Positions 28,878 through 38,547 of a stretch of DNA of 62,999 bases are shown here, piece after piece. Numbering within the stretch: the stretch's first letter is position 1; each line of letters begins with the position of its first letter. Position numbers and translations under genes: made by a program. Origin of the DNA: an uncultured Bacillales bacterium (GTDB lineage: Bacteria; Bacillota_I; Bacilli_A; RF39; UBA660); assembly GCA_948433085.1 (NCBI GenBank), contig CAOJDP010000004.1:1-62999 (forward strand), given 5' to 3'. The notes below the pieces were generated by a model that saw only the letters and a list, made by a program, of their open reading frames with translations, had not been told where the DNA came from and ran no database searches.

Positions 28878-28953
28878 AAATCATAAAATAGTTTGCAAAA
28901 AGAACAAATGAAATTTGCTAATTGCAAACGGGGGGGGGGTATACCCTCTTTTT
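28878..28953 (+). promoter_or_regulatory. Conserved leader element, copy A (25-nt box + GCAAA/TTTGC/GCAAA segments + G10 terminator-like hairpin)
   Basis: AAATCATAAAATAGTTTGCAAAAAG matches 57170-57194 at 24 of 25 positions. It ends with GCAAAC-G10-TATA-CCCTC-TTTTT, about 90 nt upstream of the pilin/RCC1 gene. Confidence 0.5.
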
Positions 28954-29045
28954 AGTGATTGGAAAGGAAGTGAAAAAGTGGTACACTGATAATATACTAA
29001 GAATAGAAAATAAAATTTAGTACAAACTAAAGTAGGAGGAGTTAT

Positions 29046-30521
29046 ATGAAAAGAAAAGGATTTACATTAATAGAATTGTTGGCAGTCATTGTGATACTAG
29101 CAATTATAGCATTAATTGCAACCCCAATGATATTAAATGTCGTAGAAAAAGCAAGAATAGGAGCAGTGAAAGAAAGTGGACACGGGTATGTAGAAGCGGT
29201 AGAAAAGTACCAACTAGAAGGGCAACTAGATAGTAGTATGTATCAAATACCTAAGAACACAGTTATAAAAATAAATGCATGTGAAACAACATGTTTAAGA
29301 GACTTAATAGAAGTCAAAGGAGAAAAACCAAATGGGAGTAATGACTATATTAAATTAGATACAAAGGGTATTATAGAAGAAGGAAAACTCACCTTCCAAG
29401 GATATGAAGTGACAATTAAAAATGGAAAAATAGAGAGCGTTACAAAAGTTAATCAAACACAAGAAGAAAGTCCAATAGAAGTGGTAGAGCCCTCTTTAGG
29501 AGTAGGTGTTTCCAATTTTGTAATTGATGAGGAGGGAAATCTTTGGTATATAGATGTATTAGTGGATAAAACAATTAGTAGAAAAAAAATAAAAACAGAT
29601 ACTAAGTTTAGATATTTAGATGTTAATTATCATTACCTTGGTACTGCCATTGATACAAAAGGAAATTTATTACTACTTGATAATATATATGATGCTGTTT
29701 ACGATTCTGCTCTTACAGAAATACAAGTTTTAGAGGGAGTTAAGTCTGTTACAAGTGATAGAAAGGGTAATATATATGCAATTGATAATAAGAACGATTT
29801 ATGGAAAATGAATATAAATGATAGTGAAATTGAAGAAAATGAGGGAAATATTATTAACTACAATTTCCTGAAAATGCCAATTAAGGAAGGAACAAAGTTT
29901 AAAAGTATCATAAGTGCTGATGAATCTAATTATGTAATGACTATTGATATGGATGGAAATTTGTGGGCTTGGGGAGACAATTCGTTTGGTCAATTAGGCG
30001 ATGGAACACAAGAGGATAAAACTGAACCAGTTCAGATTAAAGAAGGAACGAAATTTGTAAGTGTATCACTAGGGTTTGCGCATACAATGGCTATCGATGT
30101 GGAAGGAAATTTGTGGGCTTGGGGATACAATTCGTTTGGTCAATTAGGCGATGGAACACAAGAGGATAAAACTGAACCAGTTCAGATTAAAGAAGGAACA
30201 AAATTTAAAAGTATAGCTGCAGGAAATAATTATTCCGTTGCAATCGATGAAGAAGGGAATTTGTGGACATGGGGAAACAATTATAGAGGTCAATTAGGGG
30301 ATGGAACAGCAGAGAGAAAATTGATACCCATTCAAATTATAGAAGGAACAAAATTTCAAAGTGTATCAACAGATGGTTTGGAAGAACATGATATATATAC
30401 AACTGCTATAGATGAGGATTGGAATCTTTGGATATGGGGATATAGTAGAAAGTATGGTAGTGATTCAAGTATAATTCCAATTACACAAGAACCAGTTATT
30501 GCTATGCAGTTAAAAAAGTAA
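29046..30521 (+). CDS. Prepilin-type N-terminal cleavage/methylation domain protein fused to an RCC1-repeat beta-propeller
   Basis: N-terminus MKRKG|FTLIELLAVIVILAIIALIATP is a type IV pilin class III signal with Glu at +5. The C-terminal half has repeated GNLWAWG(D/Y)NSFGQLGDGT...P units (RCC1 signature). Confidence 0.8.
   Translation: MKRKGFTLIELLAVIVILAIIALIATPMILNVVEKARIGAVKESGHGYVEAVEKYQLEGQLDSSMYQIPKNTVIKINACETTCLRDLIEVKGEKPNGSNDYIKLDTKGIIEEGKLTFQGYEVTIKNGKIESVTKVNQTQEESPIEVVEPSLGVGVSNFVIDEEGNLWYIDVLVDKTISRKKIKTDTKFRYLDVNYHYLGTAIDTKGNLLLLDNIYDAVYDSALTEIQVLEGVKSVTSDRKGNIYAIDNKNDLWKMNINDSEIEENEGNIINYNFLKMPIKEGTKFKSIISADESNYVMTIDMDGNLWAWGDNSFGQLGDGTQEDKTEPVQIKEGTKFVSVSLGFAHTMAIDVEGNLWAWGYNSFGQLGDGTQEDKTEPVQIKEGTKFKSIAAGNNYSVAIDEEGNLWTWGNNYRGQLGDGTAERKLIPIQIIEGTKFQSVSTDGLEEHDIYTTAIDEDWNLWIWGYSRKYGSDSSIIPITQEPVIAMQLKK
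29955..30203 (+). repeat. Near-identical 150-bp-period direct repeat inside the RCC1 region
   Basis: 29955-30053 and 30105-30203 are almost identical at the nucleotide level (GGAAATTTGTGGGCTTGGGGA.ACAATTCGTTTGGTCAATTAGGCGATGGAACACAAGAGGATAAAACTGAACCAGTTCAGATTAAAGAAGGAAC). Confidence 0.85.
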
Positions 30522-30735
30522 TACATGTGAATATGCATAGTGAATTTATTCGTCACTCATTTTACCTATTATTAAATTTATCAATTCCATAAGTTCTCAG
30601 TCAAAATCAATCTTCTCATCCATTAGGGTTATCCTAATAGGAAAGATAATTATTCCTTATAGATTCTCATATACTATATTGCCTAAACGAAAAAACTATA
30701 GTATAATTTAGGAGTCTTAAGGAGGAGATTCTCAA

Positions 30736-31791
30736 GTGATAGAAAGATTACAAACCATAGAAAATAGATATAATGAATTAACCGAAGAACTCATAAAACC
30801 AGAGGTCATTTCCAATATTAAAGAAACCATGCGCTTGTCCAAAGAACAAGCAAGTTTAAGAGAAGCCTATGAAGCTTATCAAACCTATAAAAAAATAGAA
30901 ACTGGAATTCAAGATGCAAAAGATATGGTAAAAGATCCAGAATTAGGAGAATTTGCAAAAGAAGAATTGCTTCACTTAGAAACAGAAAAAACAAAATTAG
31001 AAAGTGAAATAGAAATTCTATTACTACCAAAAGATCCAAATGATGGCAAAAATGTAATTGTGGAAATTAGAGGAGCAGCAGGTGGAGATGAAGGAAATAT
31101 TTTCGCAGGTGATTTATTTGAAATGTACCGTAAATTGGCTGAAAAAGAAGACTGGAAAATTGAAATATTAGAAGAAGAACATTCCGAAGCAGGAGGCTAC
31201 GCTTTAATTAGTTTCATGGTAAGAGGCGAAAATGTATATTCGAAATTAAAATATGAAAGCGGTGCACATAGAGTACAAAGAGTACCAGTGACCGAAACCC
31301 AAGGAAGAGTACATACCTCAACTGCAACCGTTCTTGTCATGCCAGAAGCAGAAGATATCGATTTTACTCTAGATATGAGTGAAGTGAGAATTGATATCAC
31401 AAGAAGTAGTGGTTGTGGAGGGCAAGGTGTTAATACAACAGATTCAGCTGTACGTTTAACACATATTCCAACAGGACTTGTTGTCTATTCCCAAACAGAG
31501 CGTTCACAGATAAAAAATAAAGAAAAAGCAATTAAAATATTAGAAACCCGTCTTTATGATTTGAAAATGCAAGAACGTGATCAAGAATTAGGCGCAGAAC
31601 GTCGGAGTAAAATAGGAACAGGAGATCGTTCTGAAAAAATTAGAACATATAATTATCCACAGAATCGTGTAACAGACCATAGAATTGGCTTTACACTCAA
31701 TATTTTAGATCGCATCATGAATGGAGATATTGATAAAGTAATAGATGCCTTAATAACAGAAGATCAAGCACGTAAATTAAGAGGAGAATAG
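30736..31791 (+). CDS. prfA: Peptide chain release factor 1
   Basis: GGQ motif (SGCGGQGVNTT) and a PVT tripeptide (RF1-type PxT). GTG start after AAGGAGG. Confidence 0.92.
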   Translation: MIERLQTIENRYNELTEELIKPEVISNIKETMRLSKEQASLREAYEAYQTYKKIETGIQDAKDMVKDPELGEFAKEELLHLETEKTKLESEIEILLLPKDPNDGKNVIVEIRGAAGGDEGNIFAGDLFEMYRKLAEKEDWKIEILEEEHSEAGGYALISFMVRGENVYSKLKYESGAHRVQRVPVTETQGRVHTSTATVLVMPEAEDIDFTLDMSEVRIDITRSSGCGGQGVNTTDSAVRLTHIPTGLVVYSQTERSQIKNKEKAIKILETRLYDLKMQERDQELGAERRSKIGTGDRSEKIRTYNYPQNRVTDHRIGFTLNILDRIMNGDIDKVIDALITEDQARKLRGE

Positions 31792-31805
31792 TACTAGGAG
31801 TTTTT

Positions 31806-32528
31806 ATGAATTCAATACAATATTTAAAAAAATATGGAAATCCAAATACATATGAAAAAGATTATGCACGGTTACAAAACGGAGAACCTGTACAATATAT
31901 TGTGGGGAACGTTGACTTTTATGGCTATAATTTTATAGTCAATTCTAATGTATTGATTCCTAGATTTGAAACAGAGGGATTAGTAGAAAAAATAATTCAA
32001 AAAGCAAAAAGATTTCCCTCTCCAATTCAAATTGTAGATTTAGGCACAGGTAGTGGCTGTATTGCTATCACTTTAAAAAAACAATTAAATTGTACTATGG
32101 ATGCTGTAGATATATCCGAAAAAGCCTTAAAAATTGCAAAAAAAAACGCAGAAAAAAATCAAGCAGAAATTCAGTTTTATAAAGGTAATTTTTTAAAACC
32201 ATTAAAGGAGACCTATGATATTATTGTCAGTAACCCACCTTACATAGCGTATGATGAAGAGATTATGGAAATTGTGAAAAATAATGAGCCTGAAATTGCT
32301 CTATATGCAAAAGAAAATGGACTTAGTTGTTATTATGAAATCCTAAAAAATGCCAAACAATATTTAAAATCAAATGGAATGCTTGCATTTGAAATAGGCA
32401 AATACCAAGGAGATATCTTAAAAGAGTATGCGAAAAAATACTTTGCTACTGCTAAAATCTCTGTAGAAAAAGATTTACAAGGAAATGATAGATATTTGTT
32501 TATTGAAGATAGAGAAGATGATCTGTAA
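31806..32528 (+). CDS. prmC: Release-factor glutamine N5-methyltransferase (short PrmC/HemK)
   Basis: SAM-binding DLGTGSGCIA and catalytic NPPY. Immediately downstream of prfA. Confidence 0.85.
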   Translation: MNSIQYLKKYGNPNTYEKDYARLQNGEPVQYIVGNVDFYGYNFIVNSNVLIPRFETEGLVEKIIQKAKRFPSPIQIVDLGTGSGCIAITLKKQLNCTMDAVDISEKALKIAKKNAEKNQAEIQFYKGNFLKPLKETYDIIVSNPPYIAYDEEIMEIVKNNEPEIALYAKENGLSCYYEILKNAKQYLKSNGMLAFEIGKYQGDILKEYAKKYFATAKISVEKDLQGNDRYLFIEDREDDL

Positions 32529-32682
32529 CAATACACAATTTAATAAATTAAAGTATTTGGATGAAATCCAACAAACAATCCAAAAAATAAACGGAATCAT
32601 CTGGCATTCATTTCCATAGGAAATGAAAGAAAAGACTTTATTTACATGTCTTTTTTTGATACAATGAATCTAGGGTGATGGT

Positions 32683-35600
32683 ATGGAAAAAAATCTAGAA
32701 ATACTTTTAAAAAAAATGAATTTAGAAACCTCCTACTATGAAGAATTTTTAGATGGAAAAATCATTAAAATTATAGGTAATTCTATGAAAAATAGATACT
32801 GTTTTTTGATTGCAATAAAAAGTAATCTAACCTTAAACTGCTATCAAACATTTATAGAAAAATTGTCTTTAGCATTTCCAGAATTAGAAGAAGTTACCGT
32901 AGACTTTCAAACAGCAAATCAAAATCTAGAAATGTTTCCATATTACTATCGATACTTTATCTGTAACTATAGTAAAGAATCCCCTTTACTAGAAATGTTT
33001 GTAAATAGTGAACAACATATCCAAAATCATATCCTTACTATTATAATAGGAAATCGTGCCGAAAAAATTAAATTGGAAAGCATAATACCAAAATTAGAAA
33101 AAGATTTAAACAAGGTAGGATATCCTTATAAAATTGAATGTCAAATCGATTGGAATCAAGAAACTGCGATTCAAGAAGAAATTATGCAGGAATTAGAGGC
33201 ACCAATTCCAGAAGTTCTTTTGCACCAAGAATCCACAGAAATAAAAGAAGAAACAAAAAAAAGGTTTATCCCCAAAGATTATAAAAGGCCTCCTTTAATT
33301 GTAGAATCAGATAACGAGAAAGTAGTTATAGGAAAAACCATTGAAGAAGTAGCTACGCGTTTAGATACTGTAGTCACTCCAAAATCTAGTGTAACAATCG
33401 AATGTACCATATTTGGAAAAGATGTAAGAGAAACAAAAACAGGTTTAAAAATTATTTCATTGAAATTAACTGATTACACAGATAGTATTTATGGAACAAT
33501 CTTTGTAAATGATCAGGAAGAATTTGAACTGATTGATAAAAAATTAAAAGTAGGAAAATGGTATAAAATGAAAGCGGTAGTCAAAGAAGCAGATAAATAC
33601 AATCCAGACGTTTCTTTGAATATTAGAGATATCAATCTGCTAGATAAAGTCATTGAAGAAATTAAAGATGACGCAGAACATAAAAGAGTAGAATTGCATG
33701 CCCATACGATGATGAGCCAAATGGATGGTGTAACCAAATTAGATTTAGGAAAACATACTTGTGAATTAGTAGAACAGGCTATTCGCATGGGCTATAAAGG
33801 TGTAGCAATTACCGATCATAATGGTTGTCAAGCATTTCCAATTTCATTCGGAATTATTAAATCTCATAATAAGAATGTGAGAAAGGAAATCAAAGCTAAA
33901 GTTGAAGAATTAGAAAAACAATTAGCAGAAGAACAAGAAGAGACTATAAAAATAGAACTTCGAACACAATTAGAAAAAGCTCAGGAGCAAGAAAAAAATC
34001 CCCCAATTTTTAAAGGATTGTATGGAACAGAATTAACGCTTGTAGATGATACTGTCAATATTGTAGTAAGACCAGACGAACGTGATTTAATTCATAGTGA
34101 ATATGTTGTATTTGATACTGAAACAACAGGATTTAATGCAGGTGGCGGCGATCAAATGATTGAAATTGGTGCAGTGAAAATGAAAGACGGAGAAATCATA
34201 GATCGTTTTGATGAATTGATTGATCCTAAAAAGCATATTCCAGATAAAATTACAGAACTTACTTGTATTACTGATGAAATGGTAAAAGGAAAAGACAATG
34301 AAGAAGATGTTACCAAACGTTTCTTGGAATGGGCAGGGAATGATTTAATGGTAGCGCATAATGCAAAATTTGATATTTCTTTTATTGAAATGGCGATGAA
34401 AAAGTATAATTTAGGTAACTTCCAAAATACAGTTATCGATACACTAGAATTATCAAGAACATTAGATCAAGGACATGCGCGCCATAGTTTATCCGCTTTA
34501 GTGAAAAGATACAATGTTCCATGGGAAGAAGATGCCCACCATCGAGCAGATTATGATGCCGAAGGAACTGCTTATGTATTTGCGAAAATGTTAAAAAAAT
34601 TGGAGTCTCAGAAATTTGAAAAAGTATCAGATTTAGATAAATTAGTACCAGTAGAAGATCGTTATAAATTTGGTCGTACCTATCATTTTAATGCAATTGC
34701 ACAAAATCAAGTTGGACTTAAAAATTTATTTGAAATCATTTCTTTAGCAAACACAACATATTTATATAAAACACCAAGAATTCCAAGAAGTGTACTGTCA
34801 CAACATCGAGAAGGATTATTAATTAGTAGTGGTTGCTATGAATCTGAAGTGTTTCACCAAGCGAGAAGTAAAGATGGAGAAGAGCTAACCAATATTATTA
34901 ATTTTTATGATATCGTCGAAGTACAACCACCAGAAGTATACGACCATTTATTACAACTTGGAGATTTTAAAAGTAAACAAGAGTTAGAAAATCATATTCA
35001 AAAGATAATTCAAGCAACAAAAGAGACAGGTAAAATTATAGTCGCAACAGGAGATGTACATCATTTCAAAAGAGAAGATAAAATTTATAGAGAAATTATT
35101 ATAAATCAAAAAGTTCCTGGTGGAGGACGGCATCCTCTTGCCAAAAATGATATCAAAAAAATTCCTTCCCAACATTTTAGAACAACAAGAGAAATGCTTG
35201 AAGACTTTGCGTTTTTAAAAACCGATTTAGCATATGAAATTATTGTGACCAATCCAAATAAAGTCTTAGATATGGTAGAGGAAATTGAGGTAATTCCAGA
35301 TACTGGAGGAACACCGTTTTCTCCGAGAATCAAAAGTGATGACGAATTATCTTATCTAGACTGTCCACGAGTAGTAACAGACCTTGTTTATGAAAAGGCT
35401 GAAAATTGGTATGGAAATCCTCTTCCTTATGCCATTGAACAGAGAATTGCAACAGAGTTATATGGGGATATTGTGTTAAATACCATTCGTGAAAAATGGA
35501 AAGGAACGGAAGAAGAGAATGATGCAATGATCTATCAAAAATTGCATGATACAATTGTAGCAGGTATTGATTCTGTAAAAAAATTAGTTTTAGAACATAT

Positions 35601-37449
35601 AAAGGAGATGAATTCGGAAATAGCAGATTTAGATGCTGAAAAGAAGTTGAAGAAATCTTTGGGTGGAATTATAGGCGCAGGCTTTGATCCAATTTATTTA
35701 ATTGCGCAAAGACTTGTAAAACACTCAAATGACGAAGGATTTTTAGTTGGATCTCGTGGTTCTGTTGGGTCTAGTTTTGTCGCAACTTTGATGGGAATAA
35801 CAGAAGTCAATCCTTTAGCAGCACATTACCGTTGTAGTGAATGTAAAGTCAGTATTTTTGAAGACGAAGCTGGGAATCCTTTAGGTTCTACTTATTCATC
35901 AGGATTTGATTTGCCAGATTTGTTATGCCCAAATTGTCATATTCCGTTAGTGAAAGATGGACAGGATATGCCATTCGCAACTTTCTTGGGATTCAATGCA
36001 GATAAAGTACCTGATATTGACTTGAACTTTTCCGATTTAAATCAAGCAAGTACACATGCTTATACAAAAGTGTTATTTGGTAGTGATAATGTATATCGTG
36101 CAGGAACAATTGGTACAGTTGCAGATAAGACCGCTTTTGGTTATGTCAAAGGATATTGCGAAGATAAAAATATTATTATGCGCACCGCTGAAGTAGAAAG
36201 ACTTGCAATGGGATGTACAGGGGTAAAAAGAACAACAGGTCAACATCCTGGAGGAATCGTAGTTATTCCAGATTATATGAATTGCTTTGATTTTACGCCA
36301 TATCAATTTCCAGCGGAAGATCCTGAATCTGCTTGGAGAACAACTCATTTTGATTACCACTCAATTGAAGAATGTGTATTGAAATTAGATATTTTAGGAC
36401 ATTCAGACCCAACACAATTAAGACAAATTCAAGAGCAATCAGGTACCGATATTATGAAGGTCCCAATGGATGATAAAGAAACAATGAGTATTTTTACATC
36501 CACAAGAGCATTGGGTGTTACCAAAGAACAAATTATGTGTAATACAGGAACATTAGGAATTCCAGAGTTTGGAACTCCATTTACGATTAAATTAGTAGAA
36601 GATACTAAACCAACCACATTTGCAGAACTCGTTAAAATATCTGGATTATCTCATGGAACTGATGTATGGCTTGGGAATGCACAAGAATTGATTCAAAACA
36701 ACATAGTCCCTTTTAAAGAGACCATTGGTTGTCGTGATGATATTATGGTTTATTTAATGTACCGTGGTTTGGCACCAATCAAATCTTTTAAAATAATGGA
36801 ATTTGTACGTAAAGGAAAAGCGAGTAAAGATCCAGAAACTTGGAAAGAACATGCTGCAACTATGAAAGAGGCAGGAATTCCAGATTGGTTTATTGAATCT
36901 TGCCGAAAGATTAAGTACATGTTCCCAAAAGCCCATGCGGCTGCTTATGTAACAAGTGCTTTTCGCATTGCCTGGTATAAAGTGCATATGCCTGTATATT
37001 TCTATGCTTCATGGTTTACTTCAAAAGCAACAGATGTGGATATGGATGCGATGATAGGTGGGTATGATGCGATTAAAAATAAAATTATAGAAATCCAAAA
37101 TAAAGGATATGAAGCAAGTAATAAAGAATTAGGTCAATTAGAAAGTTTGAAAGTAGCATTAGAAGCCTCTGCACGTGGTATTCATTTTGTAAATTTGGAT
37201 TTATATGAAAGTGATTCTAGTGTGTGGAAAATTAAAAGTGAAACAGAAATTTATCCACCCTTTAGTGCGATTGAGGGTTTAGGGGAAGCAGTAGCACAAA
37301 ATATTGTGGAGGAACGCCAAAAACGAGAATTTTTAAGCGTTGAGGATTTCTGGAAACGTGGAAAAGTGTCTGCTTCTTTAACAGAAAAAATGCGTATGAT
37401 GGGTTTATTTGAAGGCATGGATGAATCAAGTCAGTTATCGTTGTTTTAA
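32683..37449 (+). CDS. polC: DNA polymerase III PolC-type
   Basis: OB domain, split PHP domain, DnaQ-like exonuclease (VVFDTETTG, VAHNAKFDISF, HRADYDA), Zn-finger region (CSECK...CPNCH) and polymerase core. 1588 aa. Confidence 0.95.
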   Translation: MEKNLEILLKKMNLETSYYEEFLDGKIIKIIGNSMKNRYCFLIAIKSNLTLNCYQTFIEKLSLAFPELEEVTVDFQTANQNLEMFPYYYRYFICNYSKESPLLEMFVNSEQHIQNHILTIIIGNRAEKIKLESIIPKLEKDLNKVGYPYKIECQIDWNQETAIQEEIMQELEAPIPEVLLHQESTEIKEETKKRFIPKDYKRPPLIVESDNEKVVIGKTIEEVATRLDTVVTPKSSVTIECTIFGKDVRETKTGLKIISLKLTDYTDSIYGTIFVNDQEEFELIDKKLKVGKWYKMKAVVKEADKYNPDVSLNIRDINLLDKVIEEIKDDAEHKRVELHAHTMMSQMDGVTKLDLGKHTCELVEQAIRMGYKGVAITDHNGCQAFPISFGIIKSHNKNVRKEIKAKVEELEKQLAEEQEETIKIELRTQLEKAQEQEKNPPIFKGLYGTELTLVDDTVNIVVRPDERDLIHSEYVVFDTETTGFNAGGGDQMIEIGAVKMKDGEIIDRFDELIDPKKHIPDKITELTCITDEMVKGKDNEEDVTKRFLEWAGNDLMVAHNAKFDISFIEMAMKKYNLGNFQNTVIDTLELSRTLDQGHARHSLSALVKRYNVPWEEDAHHRADYDAEGTAYVFAKMLKKLESQKFEKVSDLDKLVPVEDRYKFGRTYHFNAIAQNQVGLKNLFEIISLANTTYLYKTPRIPRSVLSQHREGLLISSGCYESEVFHQARSKDGEELTNIINFYDIVEVQPPEVYDHLLQLGDFKSKQELENHIQKIIQATKETGKIIVATGDVHHFKREDKIYREIIINQKVPGGGRHPLAKNDIKKIPSQHFRTTREMLEDFAFLKTDLAYEIIVTNPNKVLDMVEEIEVIPDTGGTPFSPRIKSDDELSYLDCPRVVTDLVYEKAENWYGNPLPYAIEQRIATELYGDIVLNTIREKWKGTEEENDAMIYQKLHDTIVAGIDSVKKLVLEHIKEMNSEIADLDAEKKLKKSLGGIIGAGFDPIYLIAQRLVKHSNDEGFLVGSRGSVGSSFVATLMGITEVNPLAAHYRCSECKVSIFEDEAGNPLGSTYSSGFDLPDLLCPNCHIPLVKDGQDMPFATFLGFNADKVPDIDLNFSDLNQASTHAYTKVLFGSDNVYRAGTIGTVADKTAFGYVKGYCEDKNIIMRTAEVERLAMGCTGVKRTTGQHPGGIVVIPDYMNCFDFTPYQFPAEDPESAWRTTHFDYHSIEECVLKLDILGHSDPTQLRQIQEQSGTDIMKVPMDDKETMSIFTSTRALGVTKEQIMCNTGTLGIPEFGTPFTIKLVEDTKPTTFAELVKISGLSHGTDVWLGNAQELIQNNIVPFKETIGCRDDIMVYLMYRGLAPIKSFKIMEFVRKGKASKDPETWKEHAATMKEAGIPDWFIESCRKIKYMFPKAHAAAYVTSAFRIAWYKVHMPVYFYASWFTSKATDVDMDAMIGGYDAIKNKIIEIQNKGYEASNKELGQLESLKVALEASARGIHFVNLDLYESDSSVWKIKSETEIYPPFSAIEGLGEAVAQNIVEERQKREFLSVEDFWKRGKVSASLTEKMRMMGLFEGMDESSQLSLF

Positions 37450-37470
37450 AGGGGAATGGGCCCCTTTTTT
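37448..37470. terminator. Terminator between polC and the convergent cotF-like operon
   Basis: AAAGGGG-AATGGG-CCCCTTTTTT: a GC stem flanked by an A-run and a T-run, so potentially bidirectional. Confidence 0.65.
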
Positions 37471-37493
37471 GATGAATAAAAAAAGCTTTTCAT

Positions 37494-37751
37494 TTAAGCT
37501 TCTTTATTTTGTAGTTGGGTTAACGTTTTATTGATTTCTTCTGTATTAATGTTGCTTACTTGATACCAACCACATGCAACCATTTTATTATAAACTTCAT
37601 ATTGCATTTTTAGTATTTTATCTAAGCCATTCAATAAGGTTTCATGAATCTTTTCATTACTTGCTTCCTGTGTACCATGAACATAAACTTCGCAAGTACC
37701 TTTTAAAAGAAGTAAAATGTTTTCCATGATAAGTTTATCCTTCATTTGCAA
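37494..37751 (-). CDS. Coat F domain (CotF-like) spore coat protein
   Basis: 85 aa. The pattern D..I..D.L...K.....Y.....E..N......L is typical of the Coat_F family. Confidence 0.65.
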   Translation of the reverse strand: MQMKDKLIMENILLLLKGTCEVYVHGTQEASNEKIHETLLNGLDKILKMQYEVYNKMVACGWYQVSNINTEEINKTLTQLQNKEA

Positions 37752-37929
37752 TATCCTCCATAACTTTTAATAATCTTTCTCCCTCATTTTTGCTTCTTTG
37801 GGCAAGCTCATATAAAAATGCTTGCAATTCAGAATTTTCCATAGCACTACTAGAATTTGTCAATATTGTTTCTAAATTTTGAGAGTGACCTATAGCGTCT
37901 TCCATATAAAGTAATTCTTTTTGTGTCAT
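37735..37929 (-). CDS. Small helical protein co-transcribed with the CotF-like gene
   Basis: 64-aa ORF with RBS AGGAGG. It overlaps the downstream CotF-like gene by 17 nt. This pairing is common for coat F loci. Confidence 0.45.
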   Translation of the reverse strand: MTQKELLYMEDAIGHSQNLETILTNSSSAMENSELQAFLYELAQRSKNEGERLLKVMEDIANEG

Positions 37930-38547
37930 TTTTCTTTCCTCCTAGTTTTAGTATTTCCAATAAAATGGAATTTAAACGATAAATTAGGAATAGGTTTTAA
38001 ATAGACATTCCATTTCATAGAAAAAATGAAACAAAGGCAATTAACTATTCATAGGTATATTTAGAATTACCAAATCCAATTATTTGCATTCTTATATAAG
38101 AAAATGATACATTGAAAAAGACAAAAAATAAACGCTTTCACATCTTAGAAAAATGTTTAATCGTTTATTTAAGAATATTACATAGAGGGAAACGCTCAAT
38201 ATACGAAAGTTATGCGTATCTCTTTTTTTATTATATAAAATTTCTCTCATATATATACAATACATATAACTATCATGAAAATCATTATACCTGCTGTTCT
38301 TAAATTTAAAACAACAATCTTTTATAAGAATTTGTATTTCCTTAAAAAATTTTTTAAATTCAATTTTTATGCATATTGTTTTCTACAAATATTCTTGTTT
38401 TATTTATATGAATTTAGAATATTTGACTTTACATAGACTCTAAATTTTGAAATCTATTATTTGTATTTTAATAAAAATAAGTGTATACTGAATACCAAGT
38501 GGAACATTTTATAGAATAAATTGCCATACACTTAATAGGAGGTTCAA

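Noticed and set aside
28882-28890. CATAAAATA (and CATAAAATG at 57174-57182) resembling the sigma-K -10 consensus CATA---TA, near a sigK gene
   Set aside because: There is no AC -35 element at 16-17 nt upstream in either copy. Strong sigma-A promoters lie further upstream, so the box is more likely part of the 5' UTR.
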